Shown one piece after another: positions 55,565-63,518 of a stretch of 64,000 nt of DNA. Location: positions 3,385-67,384 of the IMG/VR virus record IMGVR_UViG_3300028792_000004; one strand, given 5' to 3'. Origin of the DNA: a virus. Numbering within the stretch: position 1 is the stretch's first letter; each line of letters starts with the position of its first letter. Under the pieces are notes generated by a model. It had not been told where the DNA came from, searched no databases, and saw only the letters and a program-made list of their open reading frames with translations. Made by a program: the position numbers and the translations under genes.

Positions 55565-55593
55565 ATGTTACGCCATGAGACGATTCAGTGCAA
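55565..55593 (-). promoter_or_regulatory. sigma-A-type promoter TTGCAC-N17-TAACAT
   Basis: Read directly on the minus strand; same -10 and spacer core as 54210. Confidence 0.7.
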
Positions 55594-55607
55594 CCGTTTC
55601 TGCGCGA

Positions 55608-55814
55608 TCAGAGGGCAGTTTTGCGCCATGCAGCAGGCGGAAAGCCACCTCCGGTGAGCCACACGTCCAGGGCATCTACACGCTCCGCGAGCTCCTCCAG
55701 AAGGCCCTCGTGGTACTCCCGGCTGACGCCGGGCCGGAGCCGACCGCCCTTCTTGGTCATCTCGATCCGCTTGAGCAAGTCGCGGATCTCGGTCAGGCAC
55801 TCATCGGGATCCAT
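55608..55814 (-). CDS. small hypothetical phage protein
   Basis: MDP...L.EIR...ALD.WL..GGF.P.AW motif recalled from actinophages. Confidence 0.7.
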   Translation of the reverse strand: MDPDECLTEIRDLLKRIEMTKKGGRLRPGVSREYHEGLLEELAERVDALDVWLTGGGFPPAAWRKTAL

Positions 55815-56037
55815 GGAAGGCCCTCCTCCAGTCGACCTGCCAGCTGGCGATCGCCGAGAAGTCCTCCATCGGGAGCCGCTCCTCGGCCGCCAGGGCCACC
55901 GCAGCCAGCTGGGCGTGCACAGCGGCCGCGGCGATGTTCTCGGCCCGGATGCGCGAGGACCACACCTCCGGGTCGTCGTGGTCCGGCTGGGTCTCCAGGA
56001 GCCGCTGAGCGGCCTCGTAGTGCTCGGCGCCCGTCAC
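55801..56037 (-). CDS. small hypothetical phage protein
   Basis: MTG.EHY..A.RLL...A.VHA.LA motif. Confidence 0.65.
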   Translation of the reverse strand: MTGAEHYEAAQRLLETQPDHDDPEVWSSRIRAENIAAAAVHAQLAAVALAAEERLPMEDFSAIASWQVDWRRAFHGSR

Positions 56038-56264
56038 TGGTCGTCCTTGGCCTGCAGGGCCCGCACCAGCGCGGCCTTGAGGCCGTACGGCGCCTCCTGC
56101 CACTTCAGCGCCCGGCGGATAGCGGCCGAGGCGGTGGCTTCAGCCGTCACCGCCGCCACTCGCTTGAGGTTCTCCAGCTCGCTCGAGGTCACCAGCACGG
56201 AGACCTTGTGGAAGCCCTCCGGCAGTTCCTCGAGCTCGTCGAGCATCCCGGTGATGGTGTTCAT
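56034..56264 (-). CDS. possible ribbon-helix-helix DNA-binding protein
   Basis: KVSVLVTSSELENLKRVA...ASAAIRRAL pattern. Confidence 0.45.
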   Translation of the reverse strand: MNTITGMLDELEELPEGFHKVSVLVTSSELENLKRVAAVTAEATASAAIRRALKWQEAPYGLKAALVRALQAKDDQ

Positions 56265-56407
56265 CGGCCACGCTCCTCGTCCTCGGCACGCAGCTCGGCT
56301 AGGGCCTCGTCGACCAGCTCGAGCATGCCCTTGTAGGTCAACGTCCGGGCCAGGGTGTTGCCTGACCGGGCGAGGAGCCTCTTGCGCAGTGCTTGCAGGT
56401 ATCGCAT
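56261..56407 (-). CDS. small hypothetical protein
   Basis: Hand translation MRYLQALRKRLL...; coupled at both ends. Confidence 0.55.
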   Translation of the reverse strand: MRYLQALRKRLLARSGNTLARTLTYKGMLELVDEALAELRAEDEERGR

Positions 56408-56778
56408 CAGATCTCATCCTCCAGAGTCGTGCCGCGGAGCTCGTGCGCAGCGGCCTTGATCATCTCGATGGCCTCCAGGGCTTGTTCCCGGGAGACCGTG
56501 GGCCCGGCGTTGTGCCAGATGTGCTCGAGGATCTTCTCGGCCGAGACGGTGTAGGGCAGGTTGGTGTTCCAGTCCTCCTCCTCGGCGAAGCCGATCCCGA
56601 TGGTGCCGAACTTCGGGAAGCCGACCACGGCCTGGGCCTCGTTCAGTCCGACCCGGAAGACCCAGTAGTCCTCGTCCCCGACCGGCGGGGTGAACAGGAT
56701 GCCGATGTTGCTGCTGGTGACCAGCCGCGACTCGTCCACGGTGTCGTCCTTGCGCTCCAGCTTCAGCACGCCCGTCAC
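56407..56778 (-). CDS. hypothetical phage protein
   Basis: YW..RV...QA.VGFPKF.TIGIGFA.E.DWNTNLPY motif. Confidence 0.7.
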   Translation of the reverse strand: MTGVLKLERKDDTVDESRLVTSSNIGILFTPPVGDEDYWVFRVGLNEAQAVVGFPKFGTIGIGFAEEEDWNTNLPYTVSAEKILEHIWHNAGPTVSREQALEAIEMIKAAAHELRGTTLEDEI

Positions 56779-56951
56779 AGGTCCTGCCCCATGTAGTCGG
56801 AGTACTCGGAGTCGGCCACGGCCTTCGAGGCGTCCTCGGCCGCGATGATGACGTCGCCCCAGGTGATCGGGGACGCCGCGGTGCGCGGAGCCATGTTCCG
56901 CTTCAGCTGCTCGGCCAGCGCCTCGAGTGCCGCGCTCGGCTTCGTGGCCAT
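56775..56951 (-). CDS. small hypothetical protein
   Basis: TGATG coupling with the DUF932 gene. Confidence 0.55.
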   Translation of the reverse strand: MATKPSAALEALAEQLKRNMAPRTAASPITWGDVIIAAEDASKAVADSEYSDYMGQDL

Positions 56952-57919
56952 CAGAGCGCCCCGATGATCGTGAGGGCCTTGACCTTGGCCGGGTCGCCGG
57001 TGACCAGCTGCTTGATCACCTGGCTGTCGTCGCTGCGGTGCTTGACCTCCCAGTCGCAGTACTCGGTGGCGGCCTGCAGCAGCTTGTACTTCGTGTCGGG
57101 CAGGAAGGCCATCGTCTCCGGCCGTTCCCAGACCTCCATGAACTTCGCGCGCCGGCGGCTCACGCCGGCGCGTTGGTTGTCGGTCTGGTCGGTGGAGTAC
57201 GGCATCCACTGGTCCAGGAAGTCCTCGACCGTGCCCCGGTGCAGCGCCTGGTCGGCGAGCACGTGGGCCATGATCTTGAACTGGTCGATCGAGGCCAGAG
57301 ACGACTCGACCGCGAGCTTCGCTGCGTTGGTCCGCTCGGCCCAGTTCCGGGTGTGCCGGATGGTGAAGCCCATCCCGGATGAGTCGATGCTCGACTCCGC
57401 CATCGCCTGGGTGTTCGCACAGACCACACGGAATGCGCTCGGCCCCAGCTTCAGGCCGCCGCGGCCGTCGTGTCGGGCGGAGACCACCAGCTGGGGCAGC
57501 GTGAGCGAGGAGTCACCCTGGACCTGGATCGGCTCCCCGAGGTTCAGGGTGGCGGTGACGATCCGGCCGCCCTTGAGCACCACCAGGGCCTCGTAGCGCA
57601 CCTTCGGCACGTTCTGTAGCACGTAGTCGATGATCGAGCCGAGCTCAGTGTTGTCGATGACGGCGTAGGAGGAGGACTGGACGCTGAGCAGCGTCTTGGT
57701 GTCGGAGCGGACCAGGCCGACGTACTCGTTGGTGGCCATGGACATCCGGCCCAGCGGCGTCTCGATCTCGACACGGACCGGGGCGGTCTCGGGCTCCCAG
57801 TCGAGGTCGGCGAGCTTGCGCGCGTCTTCCCACTTCTCGATCTCTTCGGTGACGACGACTCCCTGGCGATGCCAGGCGGGCTCCCGGTAGAAGAAGCCGG
57901 ACTCGAACTCTGCGGACAT
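56951..57919 (-). CDS. DUF932 / TIGR03299-family protein
   Basis: PAWH.QG...LDWE...VRSD....L......Y..IDN...L..GR...HDG.G...FRVVC.NT...IRHT. Confidence 0.85.
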   Translation of the reverse strand: MSAEFESGFFYREPAWHRQGVVVTEEIEKWEDARKLADLDWEPETAPVRVEIETPLGRMSMATNEYVGLVRSDTKTLLSVQSSSYAVIDNTELGSIIDYVLQNVPKVRYEALVVLKGGRIVTATLNLGEPIQVQGDSSLTLPQLVVSARHDGRGGLKLGPSAFRVVCANTQAMAESSIDSSGMGFTIRHTRNWAERTNAAKLAVESSLASIDQFKIMAHVLADQALHRGTVEDFLDQWMPYSTDQTDNQRAGVSRRRAKFMEVWERPETMAFLPDTKYKLLQAATEYCDWEVKHRSDDSQVIKQLVTGDPAKVKALTIIGAL

Positions 57920-57951
57920 GGTGGTTCCTTTCGGTGGGTGGTGGGTGGTGC

Positions 57952-58170
57952 TTATTTCGTGCGGTTCAGCGAGTCGCAGATCACGTGACCGGCGATGTCG
58001 ACGATCAGGCCTGCGTCGTACTCCCCGGCGACCTTCCGTTGGTCTGGATCCCAGAGCGTCCAGCCGCCGACCCGGGTGCAGGACAGCTCATAGCCGTACG
58101 GCAGGTTGAAGATCGAGGTCCGCTCGATCCCCTCAGTGGTGATGTGCACGTCGTGGTACGACGGGTTCAT
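57952..58170 (-). CDS. small hypothetical protein
   Basis: Coupled ORF. Confidence 0.55.
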   Translation of the reverse strand: MNPSYHDVHITTEGIERTSIFNLPYGYELSCTRVGGWTLWDPDQRKVAGEYDAGLIVDIAGHVICDSLNRTK

Positions 58171-58340
58171 CGTGCGTCCTCCTCGGCCTCGGCGCGGGTG
58201 GGTGCGCCTTCGCCGTACGTGAGCTCCTCCTTGGTGTAGAGGTGCTTGTCGCGGTCGCGCTCGGTGAGGGCCTCCTCATCCTCGTGCTCGTAGGGCACGT
58301 CATCTGGGTGCTCGTCCCAGTAGTTGATCCCGAAGGTCAT
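58167..58340 (-). CDS. small acidic protein
   Basis: ATGA coupling. Confidence 0.55.
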   Translation of the reverse strand: MTFGINYWDEHPDDVPYEHEDEEALTERDRDKHLYTKEELTYGEGAPTRAEAEEDAR

Positions 58341-58639
58341 CGCGGGTAGAACCTGTCGGAGATCTCGTGGCTCGGATCCAGCAGGAAGGTGCCCCGCGCC
58401 GAGGCATCCCGCAGGCGCGCGGGCTCCGGCACCTCGTCCGGCGGGTTGACGGCGAACTGCTCGCCGCTGGGTCCGACGATGATCGGCGCCCACCACAGCT
58501 GGGTCTCGCGGTAGTGGTCGAGCACCGCCCGCTCGAGCGGACCGTTGTGGTTGTGACAGAGCTCGGAGAACTCCGCCAGGGACAGGGAGTCCAGCGCGAT
58601 CCGCTGGTCGTCGGTGAGCTCGGTGTCGAGGTAGCCCAT
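58337..58639 (-). CDS. hypothetical protein
   Basis: TGATG coupling. Confidence 0.6.
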   Translation of the reverse strand: MGYLDTELTDDQRIALDSLSLAEFSELCHNHNGPLERAVLDHYRETQLWWAPIIVGPSGEQFAVNPPDEVPEPARLRDASARGTFLLDPSHEISDRFYPR

Positions 58640-58965
58640 CAGCCGGCCTGCGATCCGTAGAGCCGCTCGAGGATGCCGAGGCCGTGCGCAGTAGACCTGA
58701 GCCGCTTGTTCATGCGCTCGCCAGTGCTCTCGGACATGTCCTGGTCCGGCCAGTAGTGGTTGCCGATCGAGCTCTCGAGGCTCGCCTTGGGGTAGGCCGC
58801 CTGGACCAGCCGAACGACCTGGCTGTAGGCCAGCGTGAAGCCTTCGAGTTCCTCGTGGGAGATCTTCAACCCCGGCTCCTGGACGAGCTCGGTGACATGA
58901 CTCTCGACCTCCAGCAGTAGGTCGGTCGCCAGCGACATCAGGCGCTGGCGGGGGGTGTGGGACAT
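58639..58965 (-). CDS. hypothetical protein
   Basis: SD GAGAGG. Confidence 0.65.
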   Translation of the reverse strand: MSHTPRQRLMSLATDLLLEVESHVTELVQEPGLKISHEELEGFTLAYSQVVRLVQAAYPKASLESSIGNHYWPDQDMSESTGERMNKRLRSTAHGLGILERLYGSQAG

Positions 58966-59006
58966 GATGGATTCCTCTCATTGGGTGGGCGTGTCAGGAC
59001 GTACTG

Positions 59007-59045
59007 GGTGGACATTGGTGGACATCTGCTGTCACAGTTGACAGC
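59007..59045. promoter_or_regulatory. operator-like cluster: tandem GGTGGACAT (10-bp period) plus palindrome GCTGTCA-N4-TGACAGC
   Basis: Read directly; intergenic, next to the HTH gene. Confidence 0.55.
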
Positions 59046-59064
59046 GTGATGGGTGGGTAAGACA

Positions 59065-59101
59065 GAAAGGGCCGGCTCCCTGGTGGGGGGAGCCGGCCTT
59101 C
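59065..59101 (-). terminator. intrinsic terminator after the HTH gene
   Basis: ggccggctccc/gggagccggcc stem followed by TTTCTGTCTT on the minus strand. Confidence 0.7.
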
Positions 59102-59114
59102 TGCGTGTCTGGAC

Positions 59115-59351
59115 TTAGTCGCCGGCAGCGGCGGCCGCGGCAGCCTTCGCGTCCCAGCTGCCGTCGTCGATGTAGGCCTGCAGGTCGTCGAGGCGCACCC
59201 GGGTCTTGGACCGCTTGGAGTCCGGCGAGGAGATGTCGACGGCCCGCAGCGCGCTGGCGCTGATCAGCCGATACACGTGGGGCTTGGAGCAGCTGAGCCG
59301 CTCGGCGGTCTCGTCGATGGTGAGGAGGCGGGTGTCCATGCGCTCCATCAT
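59115..59351 (-). CDS. excisionase-like HTH_17 DNA-binding protein
   Basis: LLTIDETAERL.CSK.HVYRLI....L.AV....RV...DL.AYI. Confidence 0.8.
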   Translation of the reverse strand: MMERMDTRLLTIDETAERLSCSKPHVYRLISASALRAVDISSPDSKRSKTRVRLDDLQAYIDDGSWDAKAAAAAAAGD

Positions 59352-59375
59352 GGTCCATATCGTCTCAGCAGACAA

Positions 59376-59413
59376 CAGGGCCCCGACCGCTCATGACAAC
59401 GATCGGGGCCCTG
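59376..59413. terminator. inverted repeat ending the leftward virion-like operon
   Basis: cagggccccga / tcggggccctg. Confidence 0.5.
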
Positions 59414-59430
59414 CGTTCAGGAGGTCGGGC

Positions 59431-59895
59431 TCAGTCCAGGTAGGACAGCCCCAGGCGACGGCACTGGTCGCGGGTGAGGTAGCCGGTCGCCTTCTGGCCG
59501 AGCTCCTCCTGGTAGGCCTTGATCGCCTTGACCAGTGCCTCGGACCACTCGGTCTTCGGTGAGAGCTTCAGCGCCACGTGGGCGTTGTAGGCCGAGGCCG
59601 AGACGACGCCGAGGCGCTGGTCGGCGTGCCGGATGATGTTGCCGTCCATGGTCGCCTGGACGGCCTCGGCCGCGGTGTCGACGGGCTCGGCCTGAATCGC
59701 CCGGGCCTCGTCGTCGGTGTCGGCGTCGGTACCGGCGGTGTGGTCGGGGGCCGGAGGCGTGTTGCCGGCGGCGGCGACCACCGCCTCGGTCTGCTTTTCG
59801 GTCGGCGCCTTGGCGTCCTCGAGGATCTTCTGCTGCTCCTCGGGGGTGCGGTTGGCGGCGTCCTGGCCGGCCTGGGCCGGAGTCGTGTCTGCCAT
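59431..59895 (-). CDS. protein with acidic N-terminus and C-terminal peptidoglycan-binding-like domain
   Basis: AIKAYQEELGQKATGYLT...LG matches the PG_binding_1 pattern; SD GAAAGG. Confidence 0.55.
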   Translation of the reverse strand: MADTTPAQAGQDAANRTPEEQQKILEDAKAPTEKQTEAVVAAAGNTPPAPDHTAGTDADTDDEARAIQAEPVDTAAEAVQATMDGNIIRHADQRLGVVSASAYNAHVALKLSPKTEWSEALVKAIKAYQEELGQKATGYLTRDQCRRLGLSYLD

Positions 59896-59968
59896 GGGTG
59901 GTTCCTTTCGTTGGGCTGTCGCGTCAGCAGTCCTCATCGTGACACGGGGAGCGCTCAAGGTGAACAGA

Positions 59969-60493
59969 TCAGGGCAGCGGGCGCACCAGCAGCGTCGCCG
60001 GGTACTCCGCCGAGGCGTTGAGCGCTGCGGCCCCGGCAGAGAGCTGCAGGGTGGCCAGGATGGTGTAGGTACCGGCCGGGAGCACCGGGCAGACGGTCAG
60101 CGAGCCGCCGCCGGCGGGACGGCCGGCCGGCAGGTCCACCTGGGTGCCACCCATCGGCGTACCGCCGATGTTGCCCGGGCGCAGCCGGAAGCGCGCGGTG
60201 GCGGCGTCGGTGGCCGTGAGGGCGTCCCAGGACAGCGTCAGCTGGACCTGGGTGGGCTCGGTGAGCACGAACTGGTCGCTGGTCAGCACCGCGACCTCGC
60301 TGGTGCCCACAGGGGGCGTGTCGGCCTCCAGGGTCTTCGTGGTGGAGACCAGCCCGCCGATGTTCAGCAGCCGGTAGTTGTCGAGCAGGGTGTCGATCGC
60401 CTCCACGGCGTCCTGGATCTGGGTGGCTGCGTCGATCAGGTAGTCGATCCCGTTCTGGGGGAACGGGATGCCCTTGGGGGTCTGAGTGGTCAC
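59969..60493 (-). CDS. putative minor virion / fibre protein
   Basis: TPKGIPFP...AVEAID N-terminus typical of actinophage tail proteins; beta-rich C-terminus. Confidence 0.55.
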   Translation of the reverse strand: MTTQTPKGIPFPQNGIDYLIDAATQIQDAVEAIDTLLDNYRLLNIGGLVSTTKTLEADTPPVGTSEVAVLTSDQFVLTEPTQVQLTLSWDALTATDAATARFRLRPGNIGGTPMGGTQVDLPAGRPAGGGSLTVCPVLPAGTYTILATLQLSAGAAALNASAEYPATLLVRPLP

Positions 60494-60501
60494 GAGAGCT
60501 C

Positions 60502-61335
60502 CTAGTAGGTGACGCCGGGGGTGCCGTACTTGATGGTCGGGTTGATCTCCCCGTGCTTGATGCTCGCCTCGCCGTGCTCGGCATAGGTCTGCTCGGTCGA
60601 GGCCGTCCTGCGGATGCCGGCGCTCTCCACCCGGTTCGAGGCGTGCAGGGTCACCGCGGCGTTGGCCGCGTCGGTGTGCACGTAGACCGTGGTGCCGTCG
60701 GCGCGCACCGAGGTGACGGCGTCGTCCTCGGCCCAGACGGTGCTGGCGCGCAGGGCGCCGGTCGACTCGTCGAAGACGCTGAGCTTGTGCGCGGTGCGGC
60801 GGGTGTAGAAGCCTGGCGTCAGGTCCGCGCGCTCGACGGGGCGGACCTCGAGGAAGATCTCGTCGTCGACCGCGACGACGTACATCGCCGGGCCAGCACC
60901 TCCCCTGCCGAAGAAGCTGCCGGCCACGTAGTAGGCCCCGGCCTCGACCTTGACCCGGCCCACGAGGGAGCCGCCGCCGCTCTGCGCGGTCGGGACGTCG
61001 GTGAGGACCAGGTGGTTGCCGGCGCGGAAGGTGCCCAGGTAGCGGTCGTCCTCGACCGCGTAGAGCCCCAGCTGGGCCTGGAGCACCGGATTGGCCTGGT
61101 CGCCCAGGTAGCGGGCGCTGGGCCAGTCCAGGTGGCACACCAGCGAGACCGGCTCGGTGACGAACAGGTCAGGGGAGCGTACGGCGTACCTCGAGCCGGA
61201 CTTGTGGTTGCCCGGCCCCGTCCCGGTCACCCCAGTGACCGGGAGTCCGGCCAGCAGCGGGACGAAGTTGCGGTCGATGGGCTTCGCGGGGTGAGCGCCG
61301 TCCGGCCGGATCAGGCCGGCACTCATCGTGCTCAC
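60502..61335 (-). CDS. putative virion protein (beta-rich)
   Basis: GTGA coupling to the TerS-like gene. Confidence 0.5.
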   Translation of the reverse strand: MSTMSAGLIRPDGAHPAKPIDRNFVPLLAGLPVTGVTGTGPGNHKSGSRYAVRSPDLFVTEPVSLVCHLDWPSARYLGDQANPVLQAQLGLYAVEDDRYLGTFRAGNHLVLTDVPTAQSGGGSLVGRVKVEAGAYYVAGSFFGRGGAGPAMYVVAVDDEIFLEVRPVERADLTPGFYTRRTAHKLSVFDESTGALRASTVWAEDDAVTSVRADGTTVYVHTDAANAAVTLHASNRVESAGIRRTASTEQTYAEHGEASIKHGEINPTIKYGTPGVTY

Positions 61336-61841
61336 GCGCTGCCCTTCTCCTCGAGCTCGCCGAGCACGACCTCGCCGCTCTCCGCGGCGTAGGCCGCGAT
61401 GGCCTTCAGCGCCTCGATGTACTCGGTGCTGGTGCCGCCGATGACCACTGTGGTCTGGCCGGCGGTGGCGGCCGCGGTGTCCAGCTCGAGCAGGCGGACC
61501 CGTTCCTTGACCAGGTCGAGGATGAACCTCCCCTTCGGCACGTCGCCCTGGAGCGCGCCCCGCATGTTGGCCTTCACCAGCATGTCGAGCCGGACGAGCT
61601 CGAGGTCGAGCAGCTCGGCCTTGGTGGCGTCGTTGACCAGCTCGGCCGCAGCCCTGATGCCGTAGGCGACGGCCTCGCGCGCGTTCTTGGGGGTCAGCCG
61701 CATCTTGTCGGCGATCTCCCACCAGTCGTAGCCCTCGGCACGCAGCTTGCGGGCCTCCATGGACTTCTCCAGCCGCTCCTCCTCGAGGAGCGCCGCGGTG
61801 GTCTCGCTGACGGTGGCCAGGTGGCGATTACGCGGTGGCAC
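61332..61841 (-). CDS. terminase small subunit-like HTH protein
   Basis: LR.EG..W.EIA...ELVRLD.L....ALQGD....IL....RVRLLELD, the actinophage TerS-like pattern. Confidence 0.65.
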   Translation of the reverse strand: MPPRNRHLATVSETTAALLEEERLEKSMEARKLRAEGYDWWEIADKMRLTPKNAREAVAYGIRAAAELVNDATKAELLDLELVRLDMLVKANMRGALQGDVPKGRFILDLVKERVRLLELDTAAATAGQTTVVIGGTSTEYIEALKAIAAYAAESGEVVLGELEEKGSA

Positions 61842-62259
61842 GGTGAACCTCCGGTCGTTGGGAGCCGAGCACGGCGGAGATCCTGTCCCCGCCGTGCTCG
61901 GCCAGCAGCTCTTTGCGCTCGGCGCCGTTGAGGCCGCCGGCGATCACCTTGGAGGTGTCAGCGATCGCCACGAGCAGGCACTCCTTGCGCACCGGACACA
62001 CCTCCCAGCAGATCGCCTTGGCCCGCTCCTCCTGGCGGAGGGTGTGGTGCCGCTTGTCTGCTCCTACCCACAGTGACGGATCCGGCCAGTCAGAGCACGT
62101 CGTCAGCTCCCACCAGTGCCGCCTCGGCCGCCATCCGGGCGCCGAGCGCGAGGCAGAAGGCGTCGAGGCAGTCCTGGGTGGGGGCTGCCCTTGCCCACGC
62201 GGGATGTCGCTGGGCGACCCACGCCGCGACCTGCTCCTTGTCGAAGCCTCCGTGCCCAC
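61828..62259 (-). CDS. whiB: WhiB-family transcription factor
   Basis: W-x5-C...AKAICWEVCPVRKECL...GGL...ER; four Cys; only canonical start is GTG 62259 inside ruvC. Confidence 0.8.
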   Translation of the reverse strand: MGTEASTRSRSRRGSPSDIPRGQGQPPPRTASTPSASRSAPGWRPRRHWWELTTCSDWPDPSLWVGADKRHHTLRQEERAKAICWEVCPVRKECLLVAIADTSKVIAGGLNGAERKELLAEHGGDRISAVLGSQRPEVHRATA

Positions 62260-62671
62260 AGACGACCTTCTTCCAGCTGCTCGACGCCGTTAGCACCACG
62301 GTGGCCCCGGCGTTCCTGGCTGCGAGCACGAGCACCCCGCACACCTGGTTCAGGTCCATCGTGGCGTTACCGCCTCGCGTCGTGGTGAGAGGACGCTCGA
62401 CAGCCACCAGCGTAGGCCGATGACTGGTGAAAATGCCGGAAGCGGTTGACTCCTGCACGATCAGGTGATCTCCGAGCAACTCCGGCCCGACCTCGGCGAG
62501 TGCCCTCTTGGTGGTCGGTCGAGGCCAGTCGTAGTCGTACAGCACGCCCCGGGGCTCCGGGCTGGAGTCGATGATCGCGACCGCCAGCTTCCGCTTCCCG
62601 TAGTCGACGCCGGCGTAGAGCGGCGAGTACCTCGAGAGCGATAACTGCCCGCCCACCTGGATGCCGGTCAC
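62090..62671 (-). CDS. ruvC: RuvC-like Holliday junction resolvase
   Basis: GVDYG, VAVERP, WKK.VCG.G...KEQV, D..DA..LA catalytic acidic motifs. Confidence 0.85.
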   Translation of the reverse strand: MTGIQVGGQLSLSRYSPLYAGVDYGKRKLAVAIIDSSPEPRGVLYDYDWPRPTTKRALAEVGPELLGDHLIVQESTASGIFTSHRPTLVAVERPLTTTRGGNATMDLNQVCGVLVLAARNAGATVVLTASSSWKKVVCGHGGFDKEQVAAWVAQRHPAWARAAPTQDCLDAFCLALGARMAAEAALVGADDVL

Positions 62672-63054
62672 TTCCCGCTCCCGGTGAAGACCCTGATCTG
62701 CGCTTCGAGCACGTCGTCGAGGAGGAACCACTCCCCGATGACGTGCTGCTCGACGAAGTCCCGGTGCAGGTCGTGCTCGGCGTCACCACCGAGCACGACC
62801 AGTGCGACCAACGGCGCGGACCAGTCCATCTCCGGCGGGCTGAGCACATGCTGGATCCAAGCCGGGCGAGCCAGCTCGTTGATCCGCCGGCGAGGCTTGT
62901 TGGTCGCCCCGATCTTCACCCACCCCTGCCGCTGCACGATGTAGGTCCATTCGTGGATGACGCTGAGCGCGCACCCACAGACCGTGCAGCGGCGTCGGCG
63001 CCACCAGTTCTCGGGCACCTCGAAGAGGGGCTCGTGCTCGAGCACCGCAGTCAC
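62668..63054 (-). CDS. T5orf172/MUG113-like GIY-YIG-fold protein with N-terminal CxxC
   Basis: TYIV....VKIG.T..P.RR..EL...E..LH..F......GEWF. Confidence 0.75.
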   Translation of the reverse strand: MTAVLEHEPLFEVPENWWRRRRCTVCGCALSVIHEWTYIVQRQGWVKIGATNKPRRRINELARPAWIQHVLSPPEMDWSAPLVALVVLGGDAEHDLHRDFVEQHVIGEWFLLDDVLEAQIRVFTGSGK

Positions 63055-63518
63055 TTCCCACTCCCAGGCATCAGCGCCGGCATGCCGCCGGTCTCGTAGG
63101 CCTTGGTGATCTGCGGGATGACCCACTGCCCGACCGTCTCGCCGTTGGGCAGCATCATGTGCATCGCGAACTCCTGCTCGAAGGTCACGATCCCGGCTTC
63201 CACGGCCTCCAGCTTGGCCTTGATCACCAGCGCCAGCGCCCGCCAGCGCTGGCGCACCGCCTGCTCGTAGGCCTCCTCGACCTGGGTCGGGGTGCGCTTG
63301 GTCTGCCGGGCCGGGGTGTGGGTGAACTCCCGGGCGGCCTTGTCGGGCAGCGGGAGGGTGAACTTCACCTGCCGGTCGTTGGCCACGAACCCGACGATCG
63401 CCTGGTTGCCGTCCCAGCCGTACATGAACGACGTCGCGCCGTAGCGCGAGAGTGTCCGCTCGATCTCCGCGCGTGACCGCCCGGAGTCGACCGAGGTCTT
63501 CTCGGCGTAGGTGCTCAT
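63051..63518 (-). CDS. conserved hypothetical phage protein
   Basis: YA..T.V...RSR.EIE..L..YGA...WRAL.L.IKAKLEAVE.GI..FE.EF. Confidence 0.8.
   Translation of the reverse strand: MSTYAEKTSVDSGRSRAEIERTLSRYGATSFMYGWDGNQAIVGFVANDRQVKFTLPLPDKAAREFTHTPARQTKRTPTQVEEAYEQAVRQRWRALALVIKAKLEAVEAGIVTFEQEFAMHMMLPNGETVGQWVIPQITKAYETGGMPALMPGSGK

Noticed and set aside
57919-57950. CCACCCACC repeats upstream of many start codons (also 1749, 3362, 58965, 59895)
   Set aside because: Best explained as unstructured C/A-rich translation-initiation regions rather than a distinct element
59115-59351. Excisionase implying a temperate phage with attP nearby
   Set aside because: No integrase or recognisable att core in the window; HTH_17 proteins often act as plain regulators, so lifestyle is undetermined
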